From Candidatus Doudnabacteria bacterium (GTDB lineage: Bacteria; Patescibacteriota; Doudnabacteria; UBA920): 64,000 nucleotides of DNA. Positions 58,760-64,000 of the stretch are shown one piece after another. The position numbers and the translations under genes were made by a program. The stretch covers positions 254,305 through 318,304 of the forward strand of contig CAVYGQ010000001.1 of the NCBI GenBank assembly GCA_963768175.1. The letters run 5' to 3'. The first letter of the stretch is position 1; every line of letters begins with the position of its first letter. The notes under the pieces were generated by a model. The model had not been told where the DNA came from. It did no database searches and worked only from the letters and a program-made list of their open reading frames with translations.

Positions 58760-58793
58760 GTTAGCATAAAATGCGGCCGCATTTTATGCTAAC
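58760..58793. terminator. bidirectional 34-bp perfect palindrome between convergent pda and prmC
   Basis: gttagcataaaatgcggc/gccgcattttatgctaac. Confidence 0.7.
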
Positions 58794-58806
58794 ACGATAA
58801 GATAAA

Positions 58807-59817
58807 TTAAACCTTCATTTCAATTTCAACGTATCGCCACAAGTTGTTGTAGTCTTTATAAAATTTTGCTTTTGATCCCGGCAAGGATTTTTTTATTAAT
58901 TTCAACAATAGCAATTTTTGCCTAGGATCAAATTCCAAATAAATCCAGCACTTTTTTGCCGGACTTTCATCAACTGGCGAAGATTTTATTAAACCATCTT
59001 TTTTAATGGAAGATTTTTGGGATTTTTCAAAAAGTGCTGGATATACCAACTTTGGTTTTTGCTTTCTTTGTGCTATTTGCTCCAATAAAAGACGGATAAT
59101 CATCAGCCCCTTTTCTTTGGTAAACAACGCTCGCTTTGGCTCAAATTTTAAACCAGCCGATTCCGCCGCGCGGTTGTTTTTCCAGGCGTGCGACAAATAT
59201 GGCAGATTAGCGATGATTATATCAAAATTGTCATTGATATTTTTTAACAAATCGCTTTGGATAAATTTTACTTTGACGTGATGTTTTTTAGCGTTTTGTT
59301 TGGCGATTTTAAGCGCGACTGCGGAAATGTCAGAAGCATACCAGTGGGGAATTTGTATATTTGTACAATTTTTCCACTGGTTAAATTTTGAAGCCAGGCT
59401 AATAATAATGCACCCGCTGCCGGTGCCAATATCCAAAATCCTGATTTTGCCTGCGTCATCCTGAGGAGTCAGACGACGAAGGATCTTTTTATTCCTTTTT
59501 TGAGATTCTTCGGCTTCGGTTGCGCTCAGCCTCAGAATGACGCCGTCGACGAGGGACTCCGTCTCCGGGCGGGGGATTAGCACATGGCTATTAACTTTAA
59601 ACCTCATGCCGTAAAAATCCTTATATCCCAAAATATAAGCCACCGGCTCTCCCACCAATCTGCGCCTTATCAGTCTTGATAAAATGTTAAAATGATAAGA
59701 TGATAAAATGTATTCCGGATGCAAAAAAACAAACTCCTTGGGTTTCCGCAGAACATGCGCCAGCAGGAGTTCGATTTCTATTTTATGATATTTTTTTAAT
59801 ATTTCTTTTATTGTCAT
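58807..59817 (-). CDS. prmC: release-factor glutamine methyltransferase PrmC (HemK), carrying two in-frame repeat-element insertions
   Basis: ILDIGTGSGCI, NLPY (NPPY-type) motifs; Family-2 repeat at 59453-59553 and Family-3 element at 58937-59047 are both translated in frame. Confidence 0.8.
   Translation of the reverse strand: MTIKEILKKYHKIEIELLLAHVLRKPKEFVFLHPEYILSSYHFNILSRLIRRRLVGEPVAYILGYKDFYGMRFKVNSHVLIPRPETESLVDGVILRLSATEAEESQKRNKKILRRLTPQDDAGKIRILDIGTGSGCIIISLASKFNQWKNCTNIQIPHWYASDISAVALKIAKQNAKKHHVKVKFIQSDLLKNINDNFDIIIANLPYLSHAWKNNRAAESAGLKFEPKRALFTKEKGLMIIRLLLEQIAQRKQKPKLVYPALFEKSQKSSIKKDGLIKSSPVDESPAKKCWIYLEFDPRQKLLLLKLIKKSLPGSKAKFYKDYNNLWRYVEIEMKV
58937..59047. repeat. Family-3 inverted-repeat element within the prmC 3' coding region
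   Basis: aaataaatccagcactttttt ... caaaaagtgctggatatacc; encodes ...YPALFEKSQKSSIKKDGLIKSSPVDESPAKKCWIYLEF... Confidence 0.65.
59453..59553. repeat. Family-2 repeat inserted in frame in prmC
   Basis: gcgtcatcctgaggagtcagacgacgaaggatc...gagattcttcggcttcggttgcgctcagcctcagaatgacgcc; encodes LRLSATEAEESQKRNKKILRRLTPQDDAGK between PRPETE and ILDIGTGSG. Confidence 0.65.
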
Positions 59818-60218
59818 TCGCCTTTTTTCTCATTTCCAATGGTTTTTTTAATTAACTTATTGATATATTCCTTATCTTTTGGTAATAATTTTCCGTCTTC
59901 ATCAACCTTTAAGTTAGCTTTTAAATCTACATCAAACCCTACCAAATCACTAATCCATTTTTTTACAGCACGCATTGCTAAAGATTGTAATGAAGATGGA
60001 TCAAATTGTTTATAACTATAACCATCCCTCTGGATAGTATCTTTTAAGAACCCAAATACATACCCTCGAAGTCTTAGCAATATTGCATCTGGAAAATCAG
60101 CTACACCAATATTATATTGTTCTTTCAAATAAGAAATTGCGTATTGCAAAATAATGGGATAATCTCTTTCGAGATATTGGTGTATCTGTTCATTTTCTAG
60201 GCTTTCCATATATTTCAT
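59814..60218 (-). CDS. hypothetical protein (134 aa) between prfA and prmC
   Basis: Start and stop overlap the neighbours by 4 nt (ATGA); no family recognised. Confidence 0.45.
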   Translation of the reverse strand: MKYMESLENEQIHQYLERDYPIILQYAISYLKEQYNIGVADFPDAILLRLRGYVFGFLKDTIQRDGYSYKQFDPSSLQSLAMRAVKKWISDLVGFDVDLKANLKVDEDGKLLPKDKEYINKLIKKTIGNEKKGE

Positions 60219-61336
60219 TTTTTTAACGCCTCCTTTTTCAGTTCCAAATCCGCCTTTTGCAGGGCTTCGGCTATGGGGGTGAATTTACCTTCCATTATTA
60301 AATTTATCTGGTTAAAGTTCTGGTTTATTCGATGGTCAGTTACGCGATCTTGCGGGAAATTATAAGTGCGGATTTTTTCCGAGCGGTCGCCAGTGCCGAT
60401 TTGGGATTTGGTGAGGTCGCGGACTTTTTTATTTTCTATTTCCCCGTAATACGCGGCAACGCGGGCGCGGATGACTTCCAGAGCTTTTTCCCGGTTTTGC
60501 GCTTGCGATCTTTCGTCCTGGCACTGCGCGGTTATGCCGGTTGGGATGTGGGTAATGCGGATAGCCGAATAAGTCGTGTTAACCGACTGCCCGCCGTGCC
60601 CGCTGGAAGTGGTGGCTTCTATTTTTAAATCTTTTTCCGCAATGGCGTAATCTTTTTCTTCCAAAATCGGCAAAACCGCGACAGTTATAGTGGAAGTATG
60701 GACGCGGCCGCTTTTTTCCGTTTCCGGCACGCGCTGGACGCGGTGTACGCCGGATTCGTATTTGAAAACACTATACGGCCCACAAGGGGCATCCTTTTGC
60801 AGCAAAAGGATGCCCCTTGTGGCATGAATTTCAAAAATAATTTCCTTAAACCCGCCGGCGTCCGAACGCGAAGAAGAAACAATATGCGGCTTTAATCCCA
60901 GCTCTTCGGCAAATTTGCCGTAAGCGCGAAACATCTCGGCCGCGAACAATGTCGCTTCATCGCCGCCAGCCCCGGCGCGGATTTCCACAATGGCGTTTTT
61001 GGAGTCGTTGGGATTTTTGGGCAAGAGCATCTCTTCTATTTCGGATTTTAGATTTAAGATTTCGGATTCAAGCCGCCTGGATTCATCGAGAGCCATGGAC
61101 TTGATTTCCGGATTATTATCAGCCAATAATTTCTGGTTATCTTCAAGTTCTTTAATCTTTAATCCTAAATCTTTAATCTTTTCCACAACCGGCTCCAACT
61201 CCGCCTGTCGTTTGCCCAACTTGGCCATGCCTAAAGAGCCGCCCGACCTGTCCCCCGAAGCTTTAGCGAAGGGGGGAGACATGTCCGCGGTCAGCCGGTT
61301 ATATTCGTCTAAGATTTTTTGAAAAGCGATTTCCAT
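60215..61336 (-). CDS. prfA: peptide chain release factor 1
   Basis: GGQ motif (SGHGGQSVN), PET tripeptide in the RF1 PxT position, GVHRVQRVP; start is probably the Met at 61336 (MEIAFQKIL) directly after the conserved leader motif; contains in-frame 39-bp hairpin element ([13 protein letters not shown]). Confidence 0.88.
   Translation of the reverse strand: MEIAFQKILDEYNRLTADMSPPFAKASGDRSGGSLGMAKLGKRQAELEPVVEKIKDLGLKIKELEDNQKLLADNNPEIKSMALDESRRLESEILNLKSEIEEMLLPKNPNDSKNAIVEIRAGAGGDEATLFAAEMFRAYGKFAEELGLKPHIVSSSRSDAGGFKEIIFEIHATRGILLLQKDAPCGPYSVFKYESGVHRVQRVPETEKSGRVHTSTITVAVLPILEEKDYAIAEKDLKIEATTSSGHGGQSVNTTYSAIRITHIPTGITAQCQDERSQAQNREKALEVIRARVAAYYGEIENKKVRDLTKSQIGTGDRSEKIRTYNFPQDRVTDHRINQNFNQINLIMEGKFTPIAEALQKADLELKKEALKK
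60782..60820. repeat. Family-1 variant 39-bp hairpin element inserted in frame in prfA
   Basis: acaaggggcatccttttgcagcaaaaggatgccccttgt is the exact reverse complement of the copy at 18463-18501. Confidence 0.85.
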
Positions 61337-61502
61337 AAAAGCGACACTAATGACACCAATTGCCACCCGAATGACACTAATTCGCGTTATTCGCGTCTTT
61401 TTCGCATATCCGTGTCGGTTATATTTTAACACAAAACCGCGCCAAAAAGGAGCGGTTATTGCTGCGCCCCGTACCCTTGGCGGTACGGGGTTATGGTTAT
61501 AG

Positions 61503-61763
61503 TTATTTCTTGGCTCTTGTTTTACGCTCTTTCTTCGGTTTTTTTGAAGCTTTAATGGCCACCGCGGCTTGCTTGCGCTTTTTGAACTTGTCGATACTGC
61601 CGGCGGTGTCCAGCAACTTTTGCTTGCCGGTATAAAACGGGTGGCACTGGCTGCAAACTTCCGTATGCAAAGACGCAGCGGTAGAGCCGGTAATAAAAGT
61701 GTTGCCGCAGGCACAGGTGACTTTCACGGCGGTATTGAATTGGGGATGAATATTGGGCTTCAT
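61503..61763 (-). CDS. rpmE: 50S ribosomal protein L31
   Basis: MKPNIHPQF...CxCG...[12 protein letters not shown]; the longer ORF to 61856 is probably an artefactual extension. Confidence 0.85.
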   Translation of the reverse strand: MKPNIHPQFNTAVKVTCACGNTFITGSTAASLHTEVCSQCHPFYTGKQKLLDTAGSIDKFKKRKQAAVAIKASKKPKKERKTRAKK

Positions 61764-62066
61764 GTTTCTAAGTTTATTCTTAATTATCCGCTGATTAATC
61801 GCTGATTTGTACGCTGATAAAACGCTGATCAGCATAACTTCAGCGCTGGTGTTCAAATCAGCGTCGTTTCAGCATTATGCAATAATCATTAGAACTAATT
61901 ATAATAGCTATTGCATAAAACGTCAAGGCTTGATATAATAAGCAAGTTATAAACTAATCAAACATATCCCGCACACCCTGCACCACTTTCGGGTACAGGG
62001 CAAGTCTTCCTCACTTTTGGCAATCAGGCTACAAAGTGCCGCGGGATAAAAGGAAAGGTTAAGAGC

Positions 62067-62801
62067 ATGAGAGACATAACTCTTTTGGAGTTGATGAAAA
62101 GCGGCGCGCATTTTGGCCACACCACCTCGCGGTGGAACCCCAAAATGAAGCCGTATATTTTTACGACCCGCAACGACATCCACATATTGGATTTGGAACA
62201 AACCAAACAGGGGATGGAAAAAGCCGCCAAATTCGCCAAGGAAACGGTTTCCCGAGGCGGCGTGATTCTGTTTGTCGGCACCAAGCGCCAGAGCAAGGAC
62301 ATTTTAAAAAAGGCCGCGCTGGCCTGCAATGTGCCTTTTGTTAACGTGCGCTGGCTGGGCGGCACGTTTACCAACTTTAAGACCATCCAAAAAACCATCC
62401 GCAAAATGGAAAAGCTGGAAAGCCTAAAAGCTTCGGGCGAACTGGAAAGCCGCTACACCAAAAAAGAACGCCTATTAATAGAACGCGAAATCGAAAAGCT
62501 TAAAAAACTGTTTGAGGGCATCCAGAACATGAAAAAACTGCCAGACGCGATATTTGTCACCGACGTCAAGCACGATGCCATTGCCGTAAAAGAAGCCCAA
62601 AAAAGCAAAGTCAAGATTATCGGCCTGGTGGACACCAACTGCAGCCCCGAAGGGATAGACTATGTTATTCCCTGCAACGACGACGCCACCAAAACCATTG
62701 AGCTTATGTGTTCGGTAATTTCCGAAGCGGTTAACGAAGGCAGGCAGGCGCAGACGGTAATAAAGGAAGCGGATAAAGTTGCCGAGGTTAAACCAGTCTA
62801 A
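62067..62801 (+). CDS. rpsB: 30S ribosomal protein S2
   Basis: LLE.G.HFGH..RWNPKM..YIF, VLFVGTK matches uS2. Confidence 0.92.
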   Translation: MRDITLLELMKSGAHFGHTTSRWNPKMKPYIFTTRNDIHILDLEQTKQGMEKAAKFAKETVSRGGVILFVGTKRQSKDILKKAALACNVPFVNVRWLGGTFTNFKTIQKTIRKMEKLESLKASGELESRYTKKERLLIEREIEKLKKLFEGIQNMKKLPDAIFVTDVKHDAIAVKEAQKSKVKIIGLVDTNCSPEGIDYVIPCNDDATKTIELMCSVISEAVNEGRQAQTVIKEADKVAEVKPV

Positions 62802-62883
62802 CAATTCAACAATGTAGCAATACAACAATTGCTTCATTGCTAAATTGTTACATTGTTATTTACTAAACTTAAAATATAAATTT

Positions 62884-63486
62884 ATGGATAACAACCTAAT
62901 AAAACAGCTCCGGCAGCAGACCGGAGCGGGAATAATGGAAATTAAAAGCGCGCTTACCGAAAGTCAAGGCGACAAAAACAAAGCCGTAGAAATTCTGCGC
63001 AAAAAGGGCGCCCTAAAAGCCGGCAAAAAAGCGGACAGGGTCGCCAACGAAGGCCTGGTGGAAGCTTACATCCACCCGGGCGGCCGCGTGGGCGTTTTGG
63101 TGGAAGTCAACTGCGAAACCGATTTTGTGGCGCGAACTCAGGACTTTAAAAACCTGGTTAAGGAGCTGGCTTTGCACATTGCGGCCGCAAATCCGCTTTA
63201 TGTAAGCCCTGGCGACGTTCCGGCCGAGGTGGTGGAAAAAGAAAAAGAAATTTACAAGGAGTTCCGCCTCCGCCAAGGCTACGGCGGACAAGCAGGTCTC
63301 CGATGCAATCCTGAATAAAATAGTGGAAGGTAAGCTGGCAAAATATTACGAGGAAACCTGCTTAATGGAGCAGCCGTATTGTAAAAACCCCGACATTAAA
63401 GTTAAAGATTTAATCGGCGAAGCCGTGGCCAAAATGGGGGAAAAGGTAGAGGTTAAAAGATTCGCACGGTTTGTATTGGGAAATTG
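62884..63486 (+). pseudogene. tsf: elongation factor Ts with an apparent C-terminal frameshift (about 63275-63300)
   Basis: UBA-like N-terminus [19 protein letters not shown]; the conserved C-terminal segment ...[26 protein letters not shown]... continues in another frame to a stop at 63484-63486. Confidence 0.75.
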
Positions 63487-63494
63487 ACGCTAAT

Positions 63495-63615
63495 TTGTGG
63501 CGTCATTCTGAAGCCTGAATGCATCTGAAGGCTGAAGAATCCCATTTGCGACGAATAAAGAGATCCTTCGGTCGTTGCTACTTCCCTCAGGATGACGCCG
63601 ACGAATGGGATCCCA
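63495..63615. repeat. Family-2 repeat (long form) downstream of tsf
   Basis: ggcgtcattctgaagcctgaatgcatctgaaggc ... ccctcaggatgacgcc; shares gcgtcattctga-N-gaatgcatctg with the copy at 16745-16790. Confidence 0.7.
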
Positions 63616-63680
63616 AAAAGTTTGACCGTAAATTAAATAATTGACATAATTAAATTACAAACTTAACTTTGTCAATTCCT

Positions 63681-64000
63681 TTGAGCTACCAAATCCTTCC
63701 CAGCATCATATTTATTTTCGCGGTTTTGGGGATATTGCTGATTATTCTCAGGCGTTTGCCGGAGGCGGACTTTATTATGCGTCAAACGCCCGAGGAAGCC
63801 GACGCCCACGAAAAGCTTTTGGCTAAGGGGCTGCCGGCCCAGGCTTTTTCCAAAGTTGCCACGTTTTTAAAATTTTGGTCAAGGAAATTTTGGAACTTTA
63901 TTTTGGAAGCCAAGGACTTAAGGCCGCACGCGGCCGCCGGCTATCGCATGCAAAAAATCTTTAACGGCAAACTGCAGGACTTTAAGGCCCAGACCGCCCC
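63681..64000 (+). CDS. hypothetical protein, 3'-partial (possible N-terminal TM helix if the TTG at 63681 is used; otherwise ATG at 63777)
   Basis: Open frame to the window end; not in the ORF table because no stop is reached. Confidence 0.35.
   Translation, partial: MSYQILPSIIFIFAVLGILLIILRRLPEADFIMRQTPEEADAHEKLLAKGLPAQAFSKVATFLKFWSRKFWNFILEAKDLRPHAAAGYRMQKIFNGKLQDFKAQTA

Noticed and set aside
61337-61714. The 499-aa minus-strand ORF extends prfA 126 codons upstream of the MEIAFQ start
   Set aside because: The upstream part has no RF1 similarity, and the conserved leader motif ends exactly at the internal ATG (61336). It is probably a non-coding read-through frame.

Overview
The window is a gene-dense bacterial chromosomal segment of about 45-50% GC. 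Coding is compact, many proteins are short, SD sites are weak, and GT39-type membrane glycosyltransferases are abundant. This resembles a reduced-genome (Patescibacteria/CPR-like) lineage, but that placement is inference only. Housekeeping content: the F1 ATP synthase operon (atpA 5'-partial, atpG, atpD, atpC), tRNA-Asp(GTC) and tRNA-Met(CAT), rmuC, a UvrD-like helicase fused to a PD-(D/E)XK nuclease, pheS, gyrB, greA, lysS, serS, pyrH, rplU, recR, dnaB, cysS, a Kef-type antiporter, two adenylate kinases, map, thrS, dnaE, rodA/ftsW, rplY, prmC, prfA, rpmE, rpsB and tsf. A 10-kb cell-envelope glycosylation cluster carries two GT39/ArnT-like proteins, a processive GT2, YfhO and a WecA/MraY-like transferase. 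Main finding: three families of short inverted-repeat (MITE/REP-like) elements pepper the region, and several copies sit in frame inside essential genes (atpG, atpD, prfA, prmC). Compensatory base changes keep the hairpin intact, which resembles Rickettsia palindromic elements. Other points: a tandem array of tRNA-derived fragments beside the tRNA genes; two GC-rich (about 55-62%) islets that look foreign (39032-39337 and about 49428-50470); an rmuC-NYN-PIN-helicase/nuclease neighbourhood that could be a defence island; a monomeric mitochondrial-type PheRS architecture; apparent frameshifts in dnaE (two), tsf and one small gene; and many palindromic terminators, some overlapping stop codons.
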